Origin: Octopus vulgaris
Lineage: Eukaryota
Length of the DNA: 64,000 nt
NCBI GenBank assembly: GCA_951406725.2
Contig: OX597815.1
Location: forward strand, 38,130,001-38,194,000
Direction: 5' to 3'
Shown here: positions 25,371-37,378 of the stretch, piece by piece
Layout: each line of letters opens with the position of its first letter
Position numbering within the stretch: position 1 is the first letter of the stretch
Notes under the pieces: model-generated
What the model was told of the DNA's origin: nothing
What the model saw: only the letters and a program-made list of their open reading frames with translations
The model's database searches: none
Program-made: the position numbers and the translations under genes

Positions 25371-26551
25371 ACATAATATAATATAATATATATATATATA
25401 TATGACAATAAATTAAGCTCTATTGTAGGAATTGGGGTTTTTGACGGGCGGATTCTTTTTTCAGTGTTAGCATGTATTAAATATTTTACTCAGAGTGACA
25501 TTGAGTAAGAAGTAATATTTGTCGTTTTGGAGGTCAAGTCATTATTTCTAAACAAGACAGGTTGTGAGTGGATGATGTTTACGCTTGTTGTTACATGTTT
25601 TGTGCCTAGAACCGGTAGCTGTCAGTTTCCTTTCACAATTACTGGATCAAATTGCAATAGACAGTTACTAGTTGTTGACTATTAATTGGTACGAATGCCA
25701 GTAACTATTATTTAAATCGGCGGATTGTGTTTGTTACTAATTGGCGGTAATTTCAGCGAGATGTGCAGAGGTAAACTTCTTTGTTCTGAATAAAATTTGT
25801 TGTATTCAGAGTTACAATAAGTTTCATAGAAGTAACAGTTAAATCTATGAATGTATAGTCAATTCCATTGAAGAAATATAAAACCTAGTGATTTATAATT
25901 AGGACTGTTGGTGGTTTTGCATGAGATATTTAGATTTCATCTTTACAAATGCCACGAATTGTTGGTATACGTGGGATAAAACCTATGCAGCAATATTATC
26001 AACGTATATTCGAAATCAATCGAGTCGAAAGTCGACATTGTATCAACAACATGAATGTTAAATTTACGTCATGTGGTATAGAGTCAGCTGCAATAATATG
26101 TAGTCTTTCACGAAGACAAAGATAGCAGCTCTGTACAACGATTCAAATAAGTAGAGTTTTTATCATGAATACGCCAATCCATAGATATCTGCGTCCCAAG
26201 ATAAACGGAAGAGAAAGAAGTAAATTTTCCTCTTGCTGATGAAAGTTGAATGCCGCCTAGGAATCACTGTGTGTAAAGGCATACACACACACGTATATTC
26301 TCACGCACGCACCCGCAGACACGTACGCACACATCACACACATACAAGATAATATGTATACTCACAAATAGACACACACACACATACACATACAAATATA
26401 TATGTATATATACATATATGTAATGGAGCTTCATATGTGTTCTGATGTTCTCACCCCTTTTTCTTCACTCCAACACATATACCAGCTGGGAATATGTGCA
26501 TAAGGTGTAAACAAATAACAATTAGTAAATGACATTTTAAATAATACTGCG

Positions 26552-26584
<33 letters not shown>

Positions 26585-26659
26585 CTACTAATATAGGATA
26601 AAATTTTTTTCAGAAAAAATTTCATCAAAAGTGGCAGCATACTAAAATAACTTTAAAGG

Positions 26660-26925
26660 TTAAAATTATAAACAAAGGCAGACGAAAAATTAATTTCTAT
26701 GCCACAATTTCCACATTTCATTATACACTCACTATAAATACACGTTGTGCTGAAATCGAGGAATTTCTTTAACAATTTCGTTATATCTATATTGAAACAA
26801 TTTCGGGATTAATTCTATGGATTCTTCTCTCTTCAGTAGAAAATACGATAAGAAATAAATGAAATACTTATACGCACCCATGAAAAAAAGCATAAGCAAG
26901 AGTCACGAGTACACATAATTTGCTT
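26660..26925 (-). repeat. Dispersed hammerhead-carrying repeat (family H1), copy 2
   Basis: Reverse complement aligns to 6330-6640 (CATGGGTGCGT.TAAGTATTTCATTTATTTCTTATCGTA..CTGAAGAG..CGATTTCAGCAC.AC.TGTATTTATAGTGAGTGTATAA). Confidence 0.8.
26778..26848 (-). ncRNA. Type I hammerhead ribozyme (family H1 copy; core intact, stem II weakened)
   Basis: Minus strand: UCGUAUUUUCUA-CUGAAGA-GAGA..UCCC-GAAA-UUG-UUU-CAA-UA-UAGAUAUAACGA. Confidence 0.7.
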
Positions 26926-27342
26926 ATATATATATATATAAATTTATAGACGTGTATCTGTTTATCTCTATAAATGATGGCATGGCATATTGGGTAGGGT
27001 ATTGCACTCACGATAGTGAGATAAAGGGGTTCCAATTCCTATACCGGGTAGGGCGTCATGTTCTTGAGTTGCTCTGTGATCACTTCGGCACCTGACGCAT
27101 GGTACACCGTGCACTTGTTCGGGAAACTTCGATTTGAATGAGCTAATGTGTCACACAAGTATTTGGTTACTATAAACCAATCATTTGTGCAGGTCATTCG
27201 GCAAAAGCTGTTGTCTTCGATAGGAGAGTCCTTCACACGACACAGACACAAATAAACACAGAGGCACACACACATGCACACACGCGCACACACACACATA
27301 CACACACACACATATATATGTATACACACACTCACACATATA

Positions 27343-28611
27343 CAGATATGCAGGAAGTAAATAGATACCTTTAAGTTTCAAAATCATTTATTTAAAACGC
27401 AAAGCGAACAATTGAAATGCAATCGATAGGTAGGACTACATACTTTAGTATTTAGTTGACATTTAGTTGGCAGTTTTTAATTCAGAAACTCTTTTTGGCA
27501 TTGAACTGATGAACTTTGTGATTGTCCCTTGTGGAATTTCTGCCCACTTTTCACACAACAATCGGAACAATTCATCTTCATACTTAGATTTATGTCGAGT
27601 TTTTCGTATAGCTCTATCTAGTATGCTCCAAAGATTTTCAATTGGGTTGATGTCAGGAGAATGGCTCGGCCAAGGAAGCTTTTTGATCCCATTTTCAGTC
27701 AGCCATTGTTGATCCCTTTTCGCTGTGTAACATGGAACCCCATCTTCCATCAATAAAAACTCATTTTTTGTTATGTTATCGTATGAATACATCAGAAGTA
27801 GTCCTTGCTTAAGTATTTTCATTGTATTTTTCATAGTCTATTGTTCCAACACAATCGATCAGCTTAGAACGACCATTGCTGGTGACAGTTCCCCTTACCA
27901 TTACAGAGATTCCGCCATGTTTCACAGTTAGTTGGAGTCGTTTTAAATCAAATTCTTGATTGGGAAGCCTTCATATCCAAACACATCCACTGTCTGAAAC
28001 AACGCAAATCTGGAATCATCTGATAAAGTCACTCTATCCAAAATGAACTGTTTTTTTCTGACATCTCCTTAACGCATTTCTTTCTTTTCATGAATTAAGT
28101 GGTTGAAGGAGCGGTTTTCTTCTAGCTGCTCGTCCATAATACCCAAGCTTATGCAGATATGTAACACGTTCTTGGACTAACTTCTGGCTGTTTTGCAATG
28201 TTAGAAGCCTTCGAATGGGTTTCATTTTCCACAATTCTCTTCAAACAGCGAAGCTTCCTTTCTGAGGACCCAGGTCAGCCGGGACGAGAAACTGTTGATT
28301 CTTTTCCTTAACTTTTGAATTGCACTATAATTCGATTAACAATAGCAAGAGGAACCTGAAGATTTTCGGCAATAATTCGCTGGATAAGACCAGCTTCAGA
28401 TTGCCCAACAATACGACCTCTTTGAAAATCTGAGAGTTCTGTTGACTTTTTTGTGCGTGGCATATTTACTCATCGCAAATTTTTAATATAATGTTCTCTG
28501 GAATGAAAACGAATAATTACATTGTAAATTCTACACCGCTGAAAACATATTAAAACGCTTAGATGAGAAATTTTTCAAATTAAATGTGTCTATTCACTTC
28601 CTGCATGTCTG
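27343..28611 (-). mobile_element. Decayed Tc1-family (DD34E) transposon with TIRs
   Basis: TIR CAGA(T/C)ATGCAGGAAGT(A/G)AATAGA at both ends. The transposase starts at ~28463 ([20 protein letters not shown]) and has SDDSRF, KHGG, EDGVPCY and SPDINPIENLW, with 34 residues between D and E. Stops and frameshifts are present. Confidence 0.92.
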
Positions 28612-29429
28612 TGTATATACACATACATTTATTTATAATGCAGTGGTGTGGCATCATTTGAAAGCTATCACAATACAAAGCGCATTGTTGCCAGCGGTGT
28701 ATAAGAACATAATATAGTCTAGCCAATACCATGTAGAGCGCGCGCACGGACACACACACGCGCGCGCACATCTGCACGTATGTGAAGGGACACACACACA
28801 CAGAGGCACGCACTTATGTATGTAAACATATATATGTGTGAGTGTGTGCGTAAGGGTTTTCATCAGGTGTTCCTAATCTTTCTAATTTATTTTTTATAAG
28901 AAAGAATATCTAATAAATTGATTTGCACGCTATAGTGTCATGATATCATTCAGTTGTAAGATGTAATTCTAAAATTTCGCTGTCTCTATGACGAATCCCA
29001 GATGAAAGTTCTTTGAGATATCTGTGAAATTACGTACTGGAAACAATCTCAGGGGTATTCAACGAATTACCTGCAGTATACTGGATCTTAACTTCCGTGC
29101 TTGCTTTATGATTCGAGAGAAACATTGGAATTCACTTTACATAATTAGCTGCCTCTTGTCAAACCTTTGCGGCAAATATAGCTGCATAATTAGATTAGTG
29201 TGATATATTAATTAGTAATAACAACAACCTAAGAGAAGCAGCAATTATGTAACAAGTATCAATGAAAAATCGATCGTACAAGATCGTATATCTTGTATGT
29301 CACCTATGAAATGCCACGTGTGAAATGTCACCAGGTGCAGTTAGTTCAATTAGAGATCATTTATTTGGGGCAATATTTATATAAGTATTGTGTTTATATA
29401 TTGCATGTTATATAAATATTCTAATATTT

Positions 29430-29810
29430 TCTAGGAGTGGGGAAAAGTGTAGTACCCAGGAATTGTGCACTCCCATTTCTTCTGGTGAAATTGGTGCTTT
29501 TAATATTCCTTTTGAACTTTTCTAAGTCAATACCTGCAGCAAAAATGTGATCTGGGAGAGAATTCCAGAGAGCCAACCTTCTACGTAGAAATGATTGGAC
29601 ATAGAGATTGACGTAGTCAACACGAGAGTGGTCGAAGGAGAAGAGGTGAATAAGACGGAGATGCCAAGTGCAGGTAGCAAGGACACAACCAATTCCAAAG
29701 GACAAGGGCAATATAGTACATTAGAAAAGATGGAGAGAGGAGAAAACACTTCTGTGAACCAGAGACTGGAGTATATTTCTGAGTCATTGATATGCCAACC
29801 AGTCGAGTGA
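29430..29810 (-). mobile_element. 3' fragment of a CR1/Jockey-like LINE
   Basis: QSFLRRRLALWNSLPDHIF..DLEKFKRNI resembles the conserved LINE ORF2 C-terminus (SFF.R...WNSLP). Confidence 0.7.
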
Positions 29811-30334
29811 CCCTATTTTATATGATACATAATATAAATACACATCCGTTTATATCCTTGCGCTCAATAAAGATTTTCATATCCATTGTAGATTAATATC
29901 TAGTTATGGACGATAAGAGTATCGCGGTTGAAACCTTACTACATAGCACGAGTAAGAAACATGAGAAAATCAGACAGTTAATGAAAACTGTATGTGTGTG
30001 TGCGTGTATATGTATATATACGTAGATGTCGAAAGATGAGAATGAGTGCTCAATACCGCTTTGGTGAATAGAATTTCTTTATTTTTGTATTAAGGTTACC
30101 ATTGGTTTCATGTTGAGAAAAAATATACTATCTTAATTATTCAAGCTGATCACATGGTATACGTCTCCATTTTGGGTAAAAACACAGTCTCGTGAATTCG
30201 CCGAGAATCTCGTAGTTAAAATAACTCAATGGGCACTACTCTTAGATGACATCTTTTGAGCGGTTATCTCCCTTGCATTTGAATTTTGGCAAAGCTGTCA
30301 GGTTGGATGGTAAATTTGTTTGCATCGTCTTATA

Positions 30335-31270
30335 TTCTGTGTGGTAAGAATCTTGCATCACACCCACATCGTTCCGGGTTCAGTTCCACAGTGTGGCACC
30401 TTTGGCCGACCAAAGTCTTGTGAGTGGATTTGGTAGACGAAAACTTAAAGAATGTTGCTCCTCCCTTGTTCCCCTTCTCTCTCTCCTTATCTGTTCCTTT
30501 CTCCTCTCTTTTGTCCTCACGTGACCAGCCAGCTACTGCTGCTTTGCCTTTTCGCATCCAGCAGTCGTTGTAGCAACACGTATTTGTTTGTCTCCCGTGG
30601 CCTAAAGGCACTCTTCCACTAGCCAGCTCCAAACTCAACTTGTCCTGTCGAAAGACCCTTGTCCTAACGTCCTGGTTTTGTTTTTATCCTTACCATTATT
30701 GTTTTTACGTATTTGTATTCTTATTCGTGCTTTCTTTATTGTTTTTACGTATTTTGTATCTTTATTCGTGTACATCGTCCGTTTTCCGTCCTTGTGTTGT
30801 ATACATTCGAGGCTTTCTTCCAAGGGATCTAATGCGCTTGGCTTAGATTTCACTTGGGGGCTGCCCAGATCGGAGCAATCTCAAGATTAATCAGCCGAAA
30901 TTGCGAAGATGATCTGGTTCTTGACTGATGATTGAGAGCCTCGAATGACCCGTCCTGTGTTTCTTGTGTCGTCTTCTAGGTGTTTCACGTTCTTGTCCCA
31001 GTTTGTATATATTTTTTTACTTTTACATATATATATATATATGACCATCCCGAAATAGAATAATATATATGTGTGCATGTGTGTATGTGTGTGTGTCTTT
31101 GTGCCTGCGCTTCTCCTCCCACCATCTCTTGACAACCGATGCTGGTCGTCCCCGTAAACAAGCGATCCGTCAAAATACAACGATGGAATAAGTACCAGGA
31201 TTACAAAGAATAAATCCTGGAGTGCTTCAGCATAGCCGCAATCAAATGACTGAAGAAATTAAAAAGAATG
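30335..31270 (+). mobile_element. SINE family A split by an ~600-bp insertion
   Basis: Head at 30335-30450 and tail at 31070-31270, with unrelated pyrimidine-rich repeat sequence between them. Confidence 0.65.
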
Positions 31271-31299
31271 GTATATATATGATATATATACATATATGC

Positions 31300-33215
31300 C
31301 TTGATTTAGTGCATCTTACGAGACATTTTTGATTCAATCTCCGGATTAATATTCCACTACTAACCCGCCTATTTCCTCAATCTATCTGTTCAGATCTTTA
31401 GGGGTAGTTTCCAATACACCAATAGCTGCTGGGATACATTTTACCCGCACTTTCCATAGTCTCTGTAATTCAATAACTAGGTCCTGATACTTTTCTATAC
31501 TTCGCATATTAATTTCTTCATCATTTGGGACTGTAAAGTCAATTATCTGGCAGTTTCTCTTCTCTTTATCTACTACTACTAAAGTCCCATAACATCTTGT
31601 ATTTCTTACTTTCTAGTACTTTAGATTCATGTTCATACCATTTATCAGTATGTTCAAATCCTAGCTTTCTATATAGCTCCCAGTGGATTGTTCTCCCTAG
31701 ATTGTCATGTCTTTTCTTCTATTCTTTCTGTAACAGTATGCTACATTCACTTACTATACGAGTAACGATTTTGATTTGCATAATCTACATTGGGAATCTA
31801 CTTGGCTTTTGTCTATTTTGACTTTTATCCAATTAGTTCTTAATGCTTGATCTTGTGCAGCTAGTAACAAACTTTCTGTCTCCCTCTTCAGCTTTCCTTT
31901 CTGCAGCCATGACCATGTCTCGCTACTACTATTTGCTGGAACTATCTTTGGGATTCTATCATGCAACGCCTTCTCTCGCCAGTCGGACAATTTCTGTTCT
32001 TTTTTTCTTATATTTAAATTCGTTTGGTCTTTTGGTTTCCCTATATCTTGATGTGACTGTAGTAGCTTTTAATAAACTTCACTGTTTCCTACATTGGAGT
32101 CTATATTTACTCTAGCTAACTTCACGCAGTCTTTTATTGACATTAACTCTCTTGCATCTTTCTTTCCGGGTAAGTACAATCTTGCTACTCCTGTCCTACA
32201 TTCATATTGAATTCCTTCCTAGTTCTGTCTAGCTTTGCTAATTCAGTTTTTGTCCAGTCTACAAAAGCTACTGAGCATCTAAGTAATGATACTGCCCAAA
32301 TATTTACAGCCTTCACTAGATTCGGCGCATTTAGTTTTGACTTCATTAGGTTCCTCACCCTTCTGATGTACTCATTGTCAATTTTCGTTTACATTTCTGT
32401 AGTTAGTATTCTGTCAGATTCTAATACTCATAGATACTTATAACTCTCTCCTTTCAATGATTTTAATGTCCTGCCTTCGCTGTTGACTACCTTCTCATAA
32501 CTAATATAGCACACTTATCTATGGGCAATTCCGTTCCTATATCTTTGATGAAGAATCTTAAAGAATCTTTCTGTTTTTAATCTTTACTAAGTTTCAGATC
32601 ATCCATGTAGAGCAAATAATTAATTTTTCCTTTACTATTTCTGAACCAATACCATACCTTTTCCTTCTTTAATACTAAACTGAGGGAGATCAAGCATAAG
32701 ACACATATTAAAAGGGACAACGAGTCCCTCTGGAAAATTTCTTTTGGTATTAACTTTCCTTAAGAGTGTGTCACCTGAATAGAGATATACTTTACATTTC
32801 TTCATGCGAAAGCTAATTAATTCTCTTATGTTGTCTGCTATGCTGAATATACTCAAGCATACACTTATCCATGAATTTGGGATCATTTTATAGGTTTTCC
32901 TATAATTTATCCATGTTATTGTTAGATTTTTCTTTATGGATATTACTTCATTTGTAACTACTTTGTCAATACATAATAGATCATGCGTCCCACTTGCCTT
33001 CTTTCTGCAACCTTTCTGTTCTTCTTGCAGTAAATTCTGGTTGTCAAAGTGCTCTTATATGCTTTCTCAAAGCATTCCTGATAACAGCTTCGACGCTACT
33101 AGTCATCAAGTGATTTGTCTATAGTTGTATTACTCTTGCTTTTATCATTGATAATGAGTAATGTTCTTCATTTAGTCATCCGATCTGGTATTATTCCTCT
33201 ATTAAGGCAATCCTG
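31300..33215 (-). mobile_element. Old, degraded R4/Dong-type non-LTR retrotransposon (RT + CCHC + RLE)
   Basis: Fragments EQKGCRK, FQRDSLSPL, LYMDDLKL, LKRETESLLLAAQDQALRTN..CRLCK, RHDNL..IHW, CQIIDFTVP parallel the intact neighbour. Many stops and frameshifts. Confidence 0.9.
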
Positions 33216-33216
33216 A

Positions 33217-33275
<59 letters not shown>

Positions 33276-33331
33276 CATTATTATTATCACTATTATTATG
33301 GTTATTTTTATTATTATTATCGTTATTATTA

Positions 33332-33392
<61 letters not shown>

Positions 33393-33439
33393 CATTATTA
33401 TTATCATTATTATTATTATTATTATTATCATTATTATTA

Positions 33440-33497
<58 letters not shown>

Positions 33498-33505
33498 CAT
33501 TATTA

Positions 33506-33536
<31 letters not shown>

Positions 33537-33547
33537 CATTATTATTA

Positions 33548-33584
<37 letters not shown>

Positions 33585-33604
33585 CATTATTATCATTATT
33601 ATTA

Positions 33605-33641
<37 letters not shown>

Positions 33642-33652
33642 CATTATTATTA

Positions 33653-33686
<34 letters not shown>

Positions 33687-33697
33687 CATTATTATTA

Positions 33698-33728
<31 letters not shown>

Positions 33729-33739
33729 CATTATTATTA

Positions 33740-33779
<40 letters not shown>

Positions 33780-33799
33780 CATTATTATCATTATTATTA

Positions 33800-33851
<52 letters not shown>

Positions 33852-33862
33852 CATTATTATTA

Positions 33863-33896
<34 letters not shown>

Positions 33897-33937
33897 CATT
33901 ATTATTATCATTATTATTATTATTATTATTATTATTC
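33217..33937 (+). repeat. (ATT)n microsatellite with recurring ATC-(ATT)3-ATC interruptions
   Basis: About 720 bp, read directly. Confidence 0.97.
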
Positions 33938-36713
33938 TATGTTTGACTTTTGCTTTATATTTGTACAAGTTGGCTCCAAGTCTCACCCAGAGACCTCAAG
34001 AGACAACAGGGTTGGAAGTTCATGTTGTTGTTATGCCTAGTGTGCCATATATTTGGGGGGTGGGGATGTTGTACTAATGAATGTCTAAAAATAAAAAAAA
34101 AAAAATAAAAAAAAAAAAAGGTTTTTTTTTTGGTTTTTCTTTTTAAACCGAAAATTATGTTTGTTTTAAACCTTGAGATTACATAGAGAGTATTTTGCGT
34201 AGGATATGAGCAGTTCCCATGAGCACTATCTTTTGAACTTCTGCCATTTTTGGGTTTCCTGGTATCTGAGTTAGGTAGCTATCAGCCCCTTTTGCTATCA
34301 TTCCCAGGGCACCTATGACAACAGGTATTGTTTTAGTCTTCAGCTTCCACATTTTGCTGATTTCTATTTCAAGATCTTTATATTTGCTCAGTTTTTGGTA
34401 GGTCTTGACAGATACGTTTATATCGATTGGGACAGTCATATCAATGAGGAGGCATGTTCTTTGTTTGAAGTTTTTCAATATGATGTCTGGCCTATTTGCA
34501 TCTATCTTCCTGTCAGTTTGAATGGTGAAGTTCCAGAGGAGTGAGATGTGGTCATTTTCAAGCACTGGGGGTGGTTTGTGTTCCCACCAGTTTTTTTCAT
34601 GGGGCAAATCCAGGTTTTTACAGATTACCCAGTGAATATATTGTGCAGCTCTATCGTGCCTGTTGAGATACTCTGTAGGCGCTAGAAGACTGCACTTGGA
34701 GACCACATGGTCAATGGTTTCATTTTGTTGCTTGCATACACGACACGTTGGACTGCTTCTGATCTTTAATATGTTGGCCTGGTAGTTTCTTGTTGGTAGG
34801 CATTGATCTTGAGCTGCTATGATAAACCCCTCTGTTTCAGATTTTAAGCCAGAGGCCATTAGCCATTGATGGGTCAGGGCTTTGTCGATATCTGCATTAT
34901 TCGCTCTCTTTGGGTATTTGCCATAGAGAGGTTTTTCTTGCCATTTATTATTCAGAATATCTAAGGCCGCAGTTTTGGCACGGGTTTTCATGCGCCTAGC
35001 TTTTTCTGTGCTTGTTTCTTGTATATCTATCTCCGAAATTGGTTGTATTCGGAATTCACTTAGATATTCCTTTGCCTGTTTTGTGACTGAGTATGATGCT
35101 TTCTTGTTTTCATGTTTTGAGACAAGTTTTAGCATCCAGTCCTCAGAGTTTTTCAGGTAGGTGTCTAGGCCAATTGTAGCAATCTTCATTGTTATTGCCA
35201 GTTGCAAAAGACCACGGCCTCCCTCTTTTCTTGGCAGATAGAGTCGTTCTGTATCTGCCTTAGGGTGGTGCATTCTATGCATTGTCAACAGTTTCCTTAT
35301 TTTTCTGTCGAGCTGACATATTTCAGTAATTGACCAGTTAACAATATTGAAACTGTAAGTCACGACTGGTATAGCTAATGCATTGATTGCTTCGATCCTG
35401 TTTCTTGCATTCAGCTCTGTCTTGAGTATTGCTCTCACTCTTCGATAGCATTCTCTCCTGATCCTTTCCTTCATCTCTGAATGCCTTATTCCGTTCCCTT
35501 CAATTATCCCTAGGTACTTGTAGCTCTCCGCTGGGTCTAGTTCTTTTATGACATTCTGTTGGTCAAGGTTAACGTTAGATGTTTCTGTCATTTTTCCTTT
35601 GATAAAGGTAGCCTTTGCACATTTATCGAGGCCGAATTGCATTCTGATGTCGTCACTGAATTGTTTGACTATCGCTAGTAAGCCCTTGAGTTGTTGATCA
35701 TTTTTTGCAAAAAGCTTTAAATCATCCATGTAAACGAGATGATTTATATTTTTATCAAACATTTTATACCCGTACTGCGCGTCATTGAGCAGCTTTGAGA
35801 GAGGTATTAAGGATAAACAAAAGAGGAGTGGTGACAGTGAGTCACCCTGGAAAATGCCACACGAAATTTTTACATCACCAGCATTTAGGAATTCACTGTC
35901 ACTGTTCAGAGTTAGTGTGGTTCTCCATGATCTCATACTTACAGTCAAGAAGTTTCGCAGAGTTGGTGCTATCTTATACATTTCAAGGCATTTTCTAATC
36001 CAGCTATGTGGTAGGCTATCAAAAGCCTTTTTATAGTCTATCCAGGCTATTGATAAGTTTTTGTGTCGTTTGTGACAATCTTCTAAGATCATCTTATTGA
36101 TGAGTAGTTGGTCTTTACAGCCGTAGGATCCACGTTTACATCCTTTCTGTTCATTAGGGAATATGCTGCTGTCTGTTAAAAAACTATAGGTATATTCCGT
36201 CAGGACAGATGTTAGTGTTTTGTACATAGTTGTTAAGCAAGTTATGGGTCTATAGTTTTTTGGTTCATTTGTTTCTTCACTTTTTGGAAGCAGGAATGTT
36301 AACCCATTAACTAGCCAAGGAGGCATCCTACTAGGGTGTTGCAAAACATCATTGTACAGTTCTGTTAGCAGTTCATGGCTCTCTGGGAAGGCATTCAGCC
36401 AGAAGTTAGGAATTTTATCCTTTCCTGGAGACTTCCATTTGCTTGACCTCCTGAGAGCAGATCTTATATCTTCTACCTTGACACCCTCCCACTTTTGCTC
36501 TTCTAAGGGGTCCAGTTCTGTAGATATTCTGTCAATCCAGGGGCCTTTTCGTTGTGTGTTTTTTCTTCTGCCCAGATTTTATTCCAAAATCTCTGCACTT
36601 CTTCTTTTGATGGTACAGACCCTGCAGTAAACGCTGTTTTTCCTATCTTCCGGTAAAAATTCTTGGTGTTATTTTTGAACATGTTGTTGTCCTTGAAAAA
36701 TCTAACACGCTTT

Positions 36714-36715
<2 letters not shown>
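33938..36715 (-). mobile_element. Young 5'-truncated R4/Dong-clade non-LTR retrotransposon inserted in (TAA)n
   Basis: Coding region runs 36715 to 34179 with one frameshift in a G4 run (~36540). The ~240-nt 3'UTR ends GAGGTCTCTGGGTGAGACTTGG..CATAG(AAT)n. (TAA)n lies on both sides. Confidence 0.93.
34179..36344 (-). CDS. Reverse transcriptase / restriction-like endonuclease polyprotein (R4/Dong-type); frame continues upstream to ~36540 and, after a -1 shift, to 36715
   Basis: 721-aa ORF with NYRPITCL, WIDYKKAFDS, GIFQGDSLSP, YMDD, CRVC..ETIDHVVSKC (CCHC), RHD, RPDI..LIDMTVP..K..KY (RLE). Confidence 0.93.
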   Translation of the reverse strand: MQHPSRMPPWLVNGLTFLLPKSEETNEPKNYRPITCLTTMYKTLTSVLTEYTYSFLTDSSIFPNEQKGCKRGSYGCKDQLLINKMILEDCHKRHKNLSIAWIDYKKAFDSLPHSWIRKCLEMYKIAPTLRNFLTVSMRSWRTTLTLNSDSEFLNAGDVKISCGIFQGDSLSPLLFCLSLIPLSKLLNDAQYGYKMFDKNINHLVYMDDLKLFAKNDQQLKGLLAIVKQFSDDIRMQFGLDKCAKATFIKGKMTETSNVNLDQQNVIKELDPAESYKYLGIIEGNGIRHSEMKERIRRECYRRVRAILKTELNARNRIEAINALAIPVVTYSFNIVNWSITEICQLDRKIRKLLTMHRMHHPKADTERLYLPRKEGGRGLLQLAITMKIATIGLDTYLKNSEDWMLKLVSKHENKKASYSVTKQAKEYLSEFRIQPISEIDIQETSTEKARRMKTRAKTAALDILNNKWQEKPLYGKYPKRANNADIDKALTHQWLMASGLKSETEGFIIAAQDQCLPTRNYQANILKIRSSPTCRVCKQQNETIDHVVSKCSLLAPTEYLNRHDRAAQYIHWVICKNLDLPHEKNWWEHKPPPVLENDHISLLWNFTIQTDRKIDANRPDIILKNFKQRTCLLIDMTVPIDINVSVKTYQKLSKYKDLEIEISKMWKLKTKTIPVVIGALGMIAKGADSYLTQIPGNPKMAEVQKIVLMGTAHILRKILSM

Positions 36716-37162
<447 letters not shown>

Positions 37163-37164
37163 AC

Positions 37165-37378
37165 TAAGGTCACAAGCTGATATGGTTAGCACGCCGAGCA
37201 AAATGCTGAGTGGTATTTCGCCCGTCTTTACCTTCTGAGATCAAATTCCACCGATGTCAACTTAGCGTTTTATCTCTTCAGAGTCGATGAAATAAGTACC
37301 AGTTACGCACTGGGGTTCGTGTAATCGGTTTATAACCTCCCCCATGATTTCAGGCCTTGTGCCAATATTAGAAAGGTT
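37165..37378 (+). mobile_element. Diverged SINE family B
   Basis: GTTAGCACGCCGAGCAAAATGCT..TTCTGAGATCAAATTCCACCGA..AATAAGTACCAGTTACGCACTGGGG. Confidence 0.85.

Noticed and set aside
33217-33937. Periodic array as CRISPR-like or coded repeat
   Set aside because: No unique spacers; an interrupted trinucleotide microsatellite in a eukaryotic context.
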